Part shown: piece after piece, positions 1 through 12,209 of the stretch
How the letters are laid out: each line of letters begins with the position of its first letter
Numbering within the stretch: the stretch's first letter is position 1
Origin: Lama glama
Taxonomy: Eukaryota
Reading direction: 5' to 3'
Length of the DNA stretch: 64,000 nt
Assembly: GCA_028534125.1 (NCBI GenBank)
Contig: CM052817.1
Location: 75,828,001 to 75,892,000, forward strand
Notes under the pieces: generated by a model
The model's input: the letters and a program-made list of their open reading frames with translations, nothing else
The model's database searches: none
What the model was told of the DNA's origin: nothing
Translations under genes and position numbers: made by a program

Positions 1-127
1 GCTTGTAAATCTGAGCATTCCTTAGCTTGTGGTAGTATCACTCCAGTCTGTTTCTCTTATCACATTGCCCTCTTCTCTGTCTCTGATCCTCCTGCCACCC
101 TCTTCTAAGGATCTGTGTGATGACATC
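1..127 (-). mobile_element. MLT1-type (ERVL-MaLR) LTR fragment, truncated by window edge
   Basis: 'gcattccttagcttgtgg...atcactccagtctg...cctcttctaaggatctgtgtgatgacat' resembles the reverse-strand MLT1 consensus. Confidence 0.7.
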
Positions 128-149
128 AAATAAAAACTTACAAGATAAT

Positions 150-735
150 TCAATTGACATTTCACCAAAGAAATTTGCACATGGAAAGCAGCTCAGCATT
201 TTTAGTAATTAAATAATTACAAATTAAAACTGTAATGAGATACCACTTCACTCTCACTAGAACAGTCATATTAAAATGATATATAATAGCCAGTATTGGC
301 CAGGATGTGAAGAAAACTGGAACCCTCATACAACGATGGAGGGAATGTAAAATGGTACTGTCTCTGGACAGTACTTTGGCATTTTCTTAAAAAGTTAAAC
401 ATAGACTTACCGTGAGATCCAGCTGCTTTCAGTCAATCTACCTCTGAGAACTGAAAACTCACATCCACACAAAGAATTGTACGCTAATCTTAGTAGAAGC
501 AATATTCATAACAGTTCATAACTTAAAATAATCCAAATGTTTATTTAGTGGCGAATTGGCACATGAATGATGGTGTGTACATAAAATGTGATGCTATTCA
601 GCAATATTTAAAAAATTTTATAAACTGAAAGAAGCTACAAAATGGATGAATTTCAGAAACTTTATACTAAGTGAAAGAAGCTAGACACAAAAACTACACA
701 TTATGTGTTTCCATATATATGACATATCCTAAAAA
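150..735 (+). mobile_element. Old L1 (L1ME/MC-like) ORF2 end and 3' UTR fragment
   Basis: L1 motifs 'gacatttcaccaaagaa', 'atgagataccact', 'ggaatgtaaaatggtac', 'aagtgaaagaagctagacacaa'. Confidence 0.85.
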
Positions 736-739
736 GTCT

Positions 740-890
740 TTAATTTTGTATCTAAATGAGATGATGATTATTCACTAAGCTTACTGTGATAATCATTTTA
801 TGATATGTGTAAGTCAAGTCATACTGTACATTTTATGCTCATATAGTACTGTATATCAATTATATCTCAATAAAACTGAAAGAGAAAATA
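740..890 (+). mobile_element. L1 3' terminal fragment
   Basis: Ends 'tatatcaattatatctcaataaaactgaaag' plus A-rich tail, a typical L1 3' terminus. Confidence 0.75.
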
Positions 891-2019
891 ATATAAAAGT
901 GATACTAGTAAGATTAAATAACAGAAAAAGAGATAAACCATGAAGCAATTCATAAACCAACATCTTTTATTTTAAATATCTTTCTTAATCATGTCTGCAC
1001 TGTCAGGGTGTACAGAGTAGAACTGACATGGTACTAGGAGCATCACGACCTGTAAAAAAGTTCAAAAATGCTTTACCTTAAGTGTCATTAAAAATTGAGT
1101 TGGGAATTTGTAATTTCCATAGAAGAATTAAGTAAATAAAACTATAGTTATGTAAAACATTTTATAGTACTAACTTTGGGACTGCTGTAATTTCATGTAA
1201 GTATAAATGCAAATCACCTGATATTTTTGAACTAAAAGTGAAGCAAATATTTACAATTTTGTTTAAAAAAATTGTGTTATTTTTATAAAAAATAATACGG
1301 AATTCTCCTTATGAAAATTCTTTAAAGACTACCTGAGAAGGAAAATAGGAAAGAGAAGTCTGTTTCCCAAATCATATGGAAGCACATATAGTGGTTAAGC
1401 TTCAATTCTTTTAATTGAGAATTATAACATATGTCTGTTTGGAGAAGCTTGTTTTCCAAAGAAAACATTTATAATGGTAATTAATATGTTTTGGGACATA
1501 ATGGGCCAATAATATGTTTGGGCCAAAAATCATAAACAAAAATTCGTGTTCAAAAAACATGACATGGACATAGACATGTAATCAGAAAAAATATACTGTT
1601 GATATATTTATAAAGTAAAGAGGAAGCTGTCATGTCTTGACCCTCTTTTAACTGTTTTGGATTGATAACCCTCCCCCCAAAATAACTGAATTATATGGTA
1701 ACCTTGAAAGACTTATTTCAACATTAAATATCATGTGAATTCACAAGTTCATTTATGAACTATAAAATGTAAAATAGATAGTACATTCTAAAACTTCATG
1801 ATATATGAATAATAGGTAAAACGTGTGTGGAGGAGGAGGGGATCTCAAAATTCTTACTGGTTTTATGATGTCCTTAAAAAGTTTTCTGTTTTAAACACAT
1901 TGTTCTTTTTTGACGTCAGACTTAATTGATGATTCTTATCAACTCCTCCTGTATCATCACTCAAGACTAGTATAGAGGTAGTGGGATGGAGGTGATTTCT
2001 ACAGAAGTAGCAAATGCAA

Positions 2020-2460
2020 AAATAAGCTATAAGGAAAAAGCCTTCATGGAGACATTTGCATTTGAGGGACTGCTACATCATTCACATGCTGAGACCATAG
2101 GAGAGATGCAGGAAATAATGGTGGAGAGACTGGTGGTAGACAGATTATATATGCCATGCTGAGAAGATTCTATTTTATGATTAGAATTTATTGAAAGATT
2201 GATTTCCAAAAAGGTCAAAACTGAGTTTGTGCTTTATGATAATCACTCCGGAAAAATTGGAAAGGCCTGTGTAGAGATGAGTTAGACAGACTGGAAGCAG
2301 ATATCTGTCTGTGTGAGAAATGATGGGGGACAAAATTAAAGCAGTTTCAGTATGAATGAGGAGATGCCAAGGGATTTGAGAGAAATTTAAGCCCTTTGAT
2401 CTTTGTGATGATTGGATTTTGAGAATGAAGAAGTACTGAACAAAATTTCACACTGTTTTT
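2020..2460. mobile_element. Degraded L2 LINE fragment
   Basis: Purine-rich L2-like motifs ('gtttgtgcttt...aatcactc', 'gactggaagcag', 'gtgagaaatgatgg'). Confidence 0.5.
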
Positions 2461-5400
2461 TGAATTGTTAAAATAATTACTGGTGATAAACTTAAATGAG
2501 ATAAATATAAAACATAAATCTGAGGCCAAATTAATGAATTATATATGGGCATGTTGTCTCAAGATATATTTTATCTTATAAGTACTAAATCCATATTTCC
2601 TTGGCTATGCCAACAAACATTTACTTACTTCAAGTCAGTCACATTAAAAAAAATGATATGCACTGATGTTATTAGCATTCATATCTTGCCAGAATACTGT
2701 GATCTGTTGCAATATCAAGCCCCAGATAAAGACCATTCTGATGATTAATTGTGCAATGGGCTTGTTTCTCACCATAAGGCATAGTAAGGGATTTATGAAA
2801 ATGTTCATATGACCTGCTGGGGCCAATGTGAGAGTTCCAATAGGTTATTTCAAATATTTATCTAATTATTGAAGTGCAAAAGAGATTTCTGGGTAATGAA
2901 AATATTTTATCATTTAATGGAACACGTATGGCCATACGCTTTTATCAAACTCACTGATGTGTACATATAAAATGTGTATTACCCTGTCATAAGAATTTTA
3001 CCAAAAGAAAAAGTTCTGTAAACAAAACTAAGCATTTAAAATACAAATAAAAAGGCAGAGTGTATCTGCATTGTGGCATTAAAAGACAAACTTTTAAAAT
3101 ATATTTATTTATTTTATATTTTGTTTAAATGTTCACATGTGATTTTTAAAATCAAAGATAAATTGAAAAATAACAAACTACCCCAAGAAAGTTCTCAATT
3201 AATGATTATAAATAAAAATATTTATAATAAAGAAATATTTTAAGGTCATAAGCAATAAGACAAAGCATTTTATTTAATGCTTGAAAGTTACCAAAGCTTT
3301 ATATTTCTCTTTGATATTATTTTACATAGTGGTTTAGTAGAGGTTTTTATATTATTAAAATTTCAGTGTAACAGATCCATCAGAGAACGCAGCATTTTAC
3401 TCATATCTTATACATTTATGTTAAAATCCTACAGTAAAAAAGGTAATACATAGTCGAGTTTCAAATGTGACTTTACTAATTTTGCAGGCAATTCAAAAAT
3501 AGATCTTAAAAAAGTGTTTTGAGCAACAGCAAACTAAACTGATTTTGAGAGAAATCACGCAGAAAAATAATTACAATTTTTATGATTTACTGATGTGCTT
3601 TTACAAAGATACATTTCTTTTATTCATATTCACTATATATGAAATGTTTACAATTTGCTTCCGTTATAATAATCAAATAAATGTTCAACCCTCATAATTT
3701 TAATAACTTGCTTTTCTTTCTACAGTTTATTGTATACTTATTGACATACTCCACTATTAGTGTCTAAGTGGGTTTGATTTTGGATAGCTGTGAAACTCAT
3801 TTGAATAAATTCATTATTTTGCTGCCAGAAGAAACAAAATTTAATTTAATTAGAGGTCATTGCACTTCCAGATTGAGTTAATTAAAGATCTAATCAAGCC
3901 TCCTGGGGATAAGTAGATTGTCAGTTGGGAAAAATCATCAAAGGCAAAACTCTAAAATCTGCATTAAGATTAAAAGTTTTTCTATTAAAACTTTGTATTC
4001 ATAGGCTCCTCTGAGTTCCATAACCCCTTTAAATATTGAATAATGAATGTCAAGAACCTTATATCTGAATAATGCGCTGTATTTATAGTAAATACATCTT
4101 TATCAAGTCTTCCAAAAGTAAGTGAGATTTAAGTTGTAAATGGAAAAAATGATTAAAAACTATGCCAGATAGATGCTACATTACAGAGTCTGAGCACTCA
4201 TGTTTCCTGAGAGTAAAGCACTATCAGTTAATTAATGCTATCAGTTATTGAAATGACAATATACAAATATGTAATAGCTCTATTTAAGTACCATCTTATT
4301 TATTCTTCAATTTTATCTACTGGACCTAAATGCAAAGTTTCATTATGGTAAATGAGCTGGCATAGAGCTCATCTTAATTCATAAATCTGAAAAGTTAACA
4401 TGGGTATTATTGAAAATATAACACACTCCTGAAGAGAATCAAATTATATTTCGTATGGTTTTGAGATTTTCAGAATCCCAGAGGTAAGCTGAGATGAACG
4501 TTACATGTAAATTAAACTCTTAAAAAAGAGTAAATGAAAATCAGTTTATGACTGTTGAGTGCAAATGTTTAAACTAGCAGCGAACTAGTATCTCCATCAC
4601 TTTGCTGTTTGCTGATAAAGCATTAATTATACTGCAAATAATTTCTTAAAGGTGAATTCTATGTAGCATTTATATATGTTATATGTGTGTATATACACAC
4701 ATTTATATGAGCTATAAATTTACTTCCCTAACAATAATATTTAATAAGTTGTTTTTCTCAATTGCAGTTCAAACATGTTTTTAAATAAGGGAAAGTAAGA
4801 TATTTATTAAGTTCTACAAGTGAGAAAAATGGACAGTAATACTAGACAAACAAAAGAGCATATCAATGTAGGGATGAAGTATACCTTAATAGGTAAAGGC
4901 ACAGGCTTTCAAGTCATTCATACATTTATAAGAGAAGGTAATTAGAGGAAATAACTTATTCACACCCAACACCAGCATTTTCATTGGCAAAATGAGCATC
5001 CTTTCTTCCTCAGCAAGTTATTTTAATGACTCAATGAATGAAAGGTTCTTAGTGTTCAGTAATATTAGATCTTACTACATTGTTAGTATTTTGTAAAATC
5101 CATGGATAAAAAGTCAGTCACAAATGCTCAGGAGTTATGGTATAATAGGGTAGACCTGCTTTTATAAAGATTAACTAAAGGGTAACTATTTTGTGAATAG
5201 ACACAATGGTGGAACATCCTAAAAAGGAATAACAATCATAATACCAAACAAATTACAAGTAATTCTGTAAATTTTTTCATTGCATGCAAGTGAGGTAGAC
5301 ACCATAATTCCATTATTTTAATTATGTTAACATTAAATGTCAAAATGTAAATTTCTGTATTGCGTAGTTATATTTTTATCGCAAATTAAACAAAAATAAA

Positions 5401-6029
5401 GTGAATGTCACAATAGATTGTTTGCTTTAAGCCATGCAGATGCAGATAAAGATACTTTCTGGGGAAATTAATATGAACTCAGAGGTAATTATCTTAGTCA
5501 AAATTAGTTTCCCTCAGAATTCTGGGACTGAAAATGAGTGCTTAACATACCAACTGTGATTATACATAAATACACACTCACCACATAGAGAGATACACAT
5601 ATGACAGATATTAATTACTGGTAATCTCTCTCTCTCTCTCATCCTGCATTCCTCAATCTACTTTATGAATCTTCATTTAAATATTATACAGCACAACCTT
5701 TGTCCTACCCTAGATACAGTCTCTATAGGTTAACTAATTTTTCTTTATTAAACAAACAATGTGGAAAATAATTACAGTTGTTACTATTTTTGGATACAAA
5801 CTTCATGACACTTTGTGTTAGAAAAATGTGTTGGCTGTAACTTATTTTAGCATCAGTAGTGTGATGTGGCCAACAATATACTTCCCTTTTGCTCTCCTGT
5901 CCTTTTGCTCTTCTTTTACATTCTATTTCTATACACATTACATTTTCTTTCGACAGATATTATAAATTCTGCACTGCATTGTTTATTTGCTGTAAAAAAG
6001 AGATTGAAAATGATAATAATCCTTCTGTA

Positions 6030-7075
6030 AAATAAAATACTGTTTAAAGTGTATAATTTGATAAGTTTTGAGAGATATGTATATTTACTCATGAAACTAT
6101 CACCAATTCAGATGACAAAACTTTTCATCGACTCCAAAATTTCCTTGTGCCCCTTTGTAATCCATTTATTCTTCCACCTTCATCCCTGTAGGGTTGATTT
6201 CCATTTGCTTAAATTTTACATAAATATAGTCATACAGTCTGTGTTCTTTTCTGCTAACTTCTTTCACTTAGTATGCTTTTTAAAAATATATTTTCACCCA
6301 TGTTCTTGGTGTTTTGAATATAGCAATAGTTCATTACTCTTATTGTTGACTAATACTCAGTTATATGGATATACCCCATGTGGTTTATCTATGTACCTAT
6401 TGATTGACATAGTTTTTAGACTTTTACACTTACAGGAAAAGCTGATACAAACATTTGTGTACCAGTTGTATTTTGAACTATGGTTTCATTTTTCTTTCTT
6501 TCTGAGAGTAGATGCCTAGGAGTAGGAGTGGAATTTCTTGCTGGTATCTAAGTGTATGTTAAACTTTACAGGAATTTACCAAATTGTTTTCCAAGGTTGT
6601 TCCATTTTACAGCAATGTATGAAGGTTCCATTTTCTCCAAATCCTTGTCAACTCTTGCCTACCTTCAGTCTTTTTTATTTTAGCCATTCTAGTGTGTGTG
6701 TTGTACTTTTATGTTGTGGTTTTAATTTGCTCTTTCCTAATTACTAATGGTACCAATCATTTTCTTAATGTGCTTATTTTTCATGGATTATCAGATATAT
6801 GATTTGCAAACATTTCTCTCTGAGTTTGTTTTTGATTCTCTTACTACCTATTTAGAGATAGAAAAACTTTTAAATTTGAGGAAGTCCAATTTATAATTTT
6901 TGTTTTTTTAAATATATTATTCTTTTGGTTTTGCTTATAGGAACTCTCTGCCCAACTCAAAAAGTAAAAGATTTTCTCCTATGTTTGCTGCTTAAGTTTT
7001 TATGGGCTCTATAGCTTTAGCTCTTAGATATATTACCCATTTTGAATAAATTTCAATTCTGTATAATATGTGAAA
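6030..7075 (-). mobile_element. Old L1 (L1ME/MB-like) 3' region
   Basis: Antisense L1 motifs 'ccaaattgttttccaaggttgt', 'tttagccattct', 'gtggttttaatttgc', 'gatttgcaaacatttc'. Confidence 0.85.
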
Positions 7076-9020
7076 TATGGATAATACTAGTTTTAATAAT
7101 ATGTTTTCATATTTAAGTGAATTTCAGTGGTTAGCTGCCCATAAATGATACACAACTAAAATAGCATGAATTTAAAGCAGGCATCATTTCTAACATAATA
7201 AAGATCTAAATATTATTAAATTTTATGCCACCATATACATAGTTTTGAGTAAAGCCTGCTACAGATATTAAAGATAAAATCAATGAGCACAAAATTTTGA
7301 GTTTGTGTGGGTGTGTAATTATATATATGTTTGTGTATTTCTCTGTGTGTTGTATGTATATTTATATATGTACGATTACAGAATGTTTCGTATGAAAGAA
7401 ACATTTACTAAAGAATTCAAATGAAGCAATAGAAACTCCAATTCACTGGTCTATTTTTTCTATGCCTTTGACACTTGGTTTAAATTTAGGTTTTGCTTCA
7501 TGTGAAGTAAGATAATTAATTCCTTTAAATTGATAAATGCATGTTATAAATAGCCACTACATTTTCTAGATTAAAAAAGTCATCTAAAATATTTTATATA
7601 ATATTTTAAAACAGCGTACCTTTTATTTATCATGGGCTCAAATAACTTTAATTTTATATTTACCTTTTTAAGTGTTTCAAATATATAAGACATTTGTAAA
7701 TATAATTCAGTAAGAAATAAATTATTATATTTAAGTAGAATCATCAAGAATCAAATTGTCTGGCATCAATTTAAGAGAGAAAATACTTTGTAAACTGAAT
7801 ATATTTTTATTCTAATAATTAGTATCAGCATGTAGCACTTGAATTATTAGAAACTCATTCAATTTTTAAAAATCTTTGCTTAATTGTGATTGAAGCCTTA
7901 TCATTAGATACACATCAAATACATAAAAGGAAATTGCTGCTACTAAATATCACTGTTAATTGGGCAGTCAGTTTTAGTTAAATTGTGATAATGAATTAAA
8001 AAGAAGAAAAGATCAACAAAGAGCTTGGTAAAAAAATGAGTAAAGGCAGTATTTTTCTTGAATGTATAACATTGCCAATTCTATCAAAATCATAAGGATT
8101 GAAATTTTTAGCCTTTAAGGAGAGAAACCATGTTTTGCAATGTAATTGATGCTATTAAATCAACAAAACAACATTTTGTTGATAGGACATATGGAGGGAG
8201 TGCAAGGAAATGGCAGGAAAGGAGGAAAAAGTCAAGTATTTTTTGCTAGCTTAAACCATGCAGCATGGATTACTTGAGAAGAAAATTCCTTTTTATTTTG
8301 TGAAACACCAGCATATTTCAGCATGATATATAAAATCATCTGTCAGAAAAGATGATATAGTTAACTCTAAGTGATTTGACTGAGCTCTTTTTAAACATTT
8401 ATTGCTCATACATAAATCATCTAAATTTTCAAAATGCATATTCTTGACTTTTTATAGGCAACAATTAAAATATGCTCAGAGGGTTAAATTGTAGTGGGAT
8501 TATCCTTCACTTAGCGTATAATTATTTCTGGAATCTCATAGTTGGCATATCATGGCTTTAGTTTCAAGAGTTTCCTTTTTACAGGCAGACAGACTTAAAT
8601 ATACGCTAAAACATCAACCTGGTGTCTTGCACTATGACAGGCTCTTAGCATTTGTACAAGTAATTGATCATTTAAGTTAGTGATTTCCAAACCAATCAAT
8701 AGAGCTACTGTGAGTTTACAACACAGCAGACAAACCATCAAAGCATGAAGTCTTACTTTAAGTTGATGCCCATAAGCTTCATGGGATTCTTATGCTGCTA
8801 TCAGGCTATTTTACTGATTTTACCTATGTTCTTCACTCTCTCATTCTTCTCAATATTTTACAACTTTCCCATTGGCAAAATTTCGAGACCTTATGACTCT
8901 GATTCCCCTGTCCACACTCAAAGCTGATGATGTTGCTTCCTACTTACCTAAGGAAACTCAGGCAATTAAAAAAGAGCTTGCATGAACTCTCACATCTCCC
9001 TTACTCACTACCAGCATCTG

Positions 9021-9563
9021 TGTCACTCAAAAGGGAAACAGAAAAAAAACCCTGATTCTTGTCTTAACCGAAAGACAGATTTATAGATGGGAAATGGAAA
9101 GCATTGCGTAGCAACACAATTTATTTAGGAAAAGAAGAGTATGCCTCCAAGAGTGGGAGGTGGGTTGATTGAAGGAGGAATTGCAGTGCTATTTGTCTCC
9201 CCTTCTCTTATACCTTCGCTTAGAGGTGGTCTTTTGATTGACGGCTTTTGTCCCTGGAGTGCTTAGTCATGTTTAATCCCTTTGCACATGTGCCTTACCC
9301 ATTGTGTACATAGAAAACCCAAAGGGGGAGCCTAAACCACAGTGTTAATTATAATACAACGAACATTGAGTCGTGTCCACTTAAGTCCTTTCTGCTACTG
9401 TGCCGTCGTGGCTGTGAGGTTCTAACCTCACAGCTTCTTGCTGGAGCTCATTTCGAAGTAAAGTCCCTTTATGCTGGAGGCAGACATAACACCATCTTCT
9501 GGACCTTTCTCCCTCTCCCCCTCCTTATCTGCGGGGTGTCCCCACTTATCTAACTACCTAACA
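9021..9563 (-). mobile_element. Solo LTR, ERV1-like, inserted in an L2 remnant
   Basis: TGT...ACA termini; near 4-bp TSD (tctg/tctt); on the minus strand a TATA-like GTATAAG (~9207-9213) precedes AATAAA (9120-9125); GC/CpG-richer than flanks. Confidence 0.75.
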
Positions 9564-9704
9564 TCTTACCTATAGTCTCTGCCTCCTGACCATGCATCAA
9601 CTTTTAAGTTCCTACAATAAACAAATCTGCCCACGTATACACTAAACCTTATCCCTTCTATTCTACCTAAAGCCATAACTGTAGAAATTTGAAAAAAAGT
9701 TTTT

Positions 9705-10605
9705 TTGAAAGCTGGGCATGATAAATTGGCTAATAAGAAATGAGATAAATAAGACTGTAGAGTGAGGTTTTATGTTAATAAAGTTGGGCTCTACTTAACA
9801 TTTTCTGTAGCTGTAGATGCCAGAGCCTTCAGTTTCCTGCTGGGTCCTTACCTCTCCTGTTGTCTTTGAGTTTGACTAAGAATACCAATTTAACTATGAT
9901 TTGTGTCTGGCACTCTTCCAGTTCTAACCCACTTGCCTAAGGGAGTGTTGCTGATGTTGTGCTGAGATATGGGGGAAGGAAAGAGTACGCTAATCTTCTG
10001 ATTAATTCTCAGTCTTTTAAGACTGAGAGCCAGTTGTTACCTTCACTTCCTCTGGTGAGATTGGAAGCCTAATTTAGGGAAATGGAGTTCAGGAAATGTG
10101 GGATACCGTTCTGATAAAGACTTCTCTTGCAGAGTGAGATTTTCTAATTAAGAAAAAAAAATGCAACTGGTGTATTTCAAAATGATTACTGTTTCTCCCC
10201 CTGCCAGAGGCAGGAAGAGATCTTTTTTGACTCTTCACTGTGGGAACCCAGTGGAGCTCTTGGAGGTAACCTTATGAAATTATGGGATTACCCCCTCATA
10301 CAGTGGCACCCTGGACTTTCTTTCTTGCACACTAGTTTACATTCAGGCTCCTACAATTCAGGGAAATAATCACCTTTGTGTTCCCACCAGTTTATGGTGT
10401 CAGTGCTTCTGTTCTAGGTAAACAAATCCCAGTTATAAATGGGTTTTCCTGACTCTCCAGATTTCAGGGTGGTCCTTTATCTTGTGGCCTCTGTTCTCTG
10501 ATGATTCTAAGAAAAATTGTTGACTTTTAGTTTGTTTGGCCTGTTTCTTTTAAGGACAGGGTGATGATCTCCAAGCTCTGTACATATCATTGCTGACACT
10601 GAAGC
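9705..10605 (-). mobile_element. Old L1 (L1MC/MD-like) 5' UTR region
   Basis: Motifs 'gaaagctgggcatgat', 'tgaggttttatgtt', 'ctgtagctgtagatgccagag', 'tccaagctctgtacat' resemble antisense L1M 5' ends. Confidence 0.65.
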
Positions 10606-10734
10606 CTCTCTTCTTTATGTCTTCAGTTTTTCCTTTTTCCTTTTTCCTGAGGCATTTTCATTAGCATACAAATATGCTGTCAATTCTACCTTTTAACACA
10701 GCAATCTTCTGACCCATGGTTTCTCCCCTTTCAC

Positions 10735-10860
10735 ATTAGTTTCCTTGGGTTAACTTAAAAACTTACAAGACTGAGTGGCTTGAAACAATAGACATGTATT
10801 TCTCACAGTTTTGGGGATGAATTGAAAATCCTGGTGTGAGCAGGGGTCATTGTGCCCTGA
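10735..10860 (-). mobile_element. MLT1 LTR fragment
   Basis: 'gagtggcttgaaacaatagacatgtatttctcacagttttgg'. Confidence 0.6.
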
Positions 10861-10894
10861 GAGTGCTAGACTTCCACTGCCTTACTCCTAGGCA

Positions 10895-11505
10895 GTGGAA
10901 ATTTAAAATGGTACAACCCCTTTTAAAAGCAATTGGATAGTTTCTTAAAAATGAAGACACAAATTTACCAGATGGCTAAGCCATTACACTCCTAGGTATC
11001 TACTTGAGAAAAATAAAAGCATACATCCACACAAACACTCATAAATGAATGTTTATAGTAACATTATTCATAATAGTCAAAAAATGGGAAAATTGCAGTT
11101 GTTTATCAAATAGTGACTAGATAAACAAAATGTGGTTTACCTATACTGTGGAATACTATTTTGCATTAAAAAAGAATAAAATAATTTTGCATGCTCTAAC
11201 ATTGATTGCCCTCAGAAACATCCAAAGCGAAAGAAGTCAAATTAAAAAGACTGCATTTTGTACAATTCCTTCATATAAAATTTCCAGAGAAAGAAACCCT
11301 GCAGAGACATATTACATTTGCCTTGGGCAGGGGGTAAGAAAATGGGATAGCTGCATAGAAGCCCAAATTTTCTTTTTTGAGGTCACAGAAATGTTCTAAA
11401 TCTGTATTGTTTTGGTTTGCAACAAACTATAACTTTAATAAAAGTTATTGAATTTCACACTTGAAGAAGGTTAAATTTTATTATAAATTTTTTGCCGATA
11501 AATAA
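10895..11505 (+). mobile_element. Old L1 (L1MC/ME-like) 3' end
   Basis: 'aaaatggtacaaccc', 'ccattacactcctaggtatctac', 'gataaacaaaatgtggt', 'gaaatgttctaaa'. Confidence 0.85.
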
Positions 11506-12209
11506 AAGCAGCATCTCACCTCCCCACCTTTAGACTAATAGGTACACATTATTCCTCTCATTTTGATTATATTTTTATAGCATCTGTTGCCTTCTAAAAT
11601 ATTGCATAATTTTTCATTTATTAGATTGTTTGTTCCTCAGAATGTAAAGGGGAAAGATCTTTATATGTTTTGATGGTTTGACCTATATTCTAATTCAAGA
11701 AAAGTATTAGTGCATTAATCAATATTTTTAATGAATTAATAAATGCATTATACTTAAAAATAATATAGGCCACTTCTCAAGTATACTGTGATACAGTCAA
11801 CAATTTAAATTTAAGATGATGCAATAGAAATAAATAGAATATATTCTAATATTTTTAACTGTCACAAAGGCAAACTATGTGCAAGCTTTTAAAAGTTTCT
11901 GCAATATTCCATGAAAATTATTTGATCTAATATTATTTTTTTTCTGCTTACTCTTTCAATTACTTTTATGTTTTATTCATTCAGGTATGCAATGTAAATT
12001 TATACTCATATAATTTAAGTATTTGCTTTGTGTGAATCTTCCTAATTTAAGTAATTAGATTATGTTATCCTTAAGGATATGAAAAGTTTTCTATATTTCT
12101 GTGTAAGTACTGATCAGATGAATTAAATAGACTGCCAAATGTTTCTCCAGCAAAGATAGGTTAATTCAGGATCAGCAGAGAATTGCAGTTCAGGGTCTGC
12201 AATTATTTG

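Noticed and set aside
6049..6747. Hydrophobic ORFs resembling membrane proteins
   Set aside because: Antisense L1 translations; the same applies to ORFs at 48806-49836 and 58798-59398.
9021..9563. This LTR as the 3' LTR of the 12-16 kb provirus
   Set aside because: It has its own near-TSD within an L2, and older L1/L2/MLT1 sequence lies between it and the ERV.
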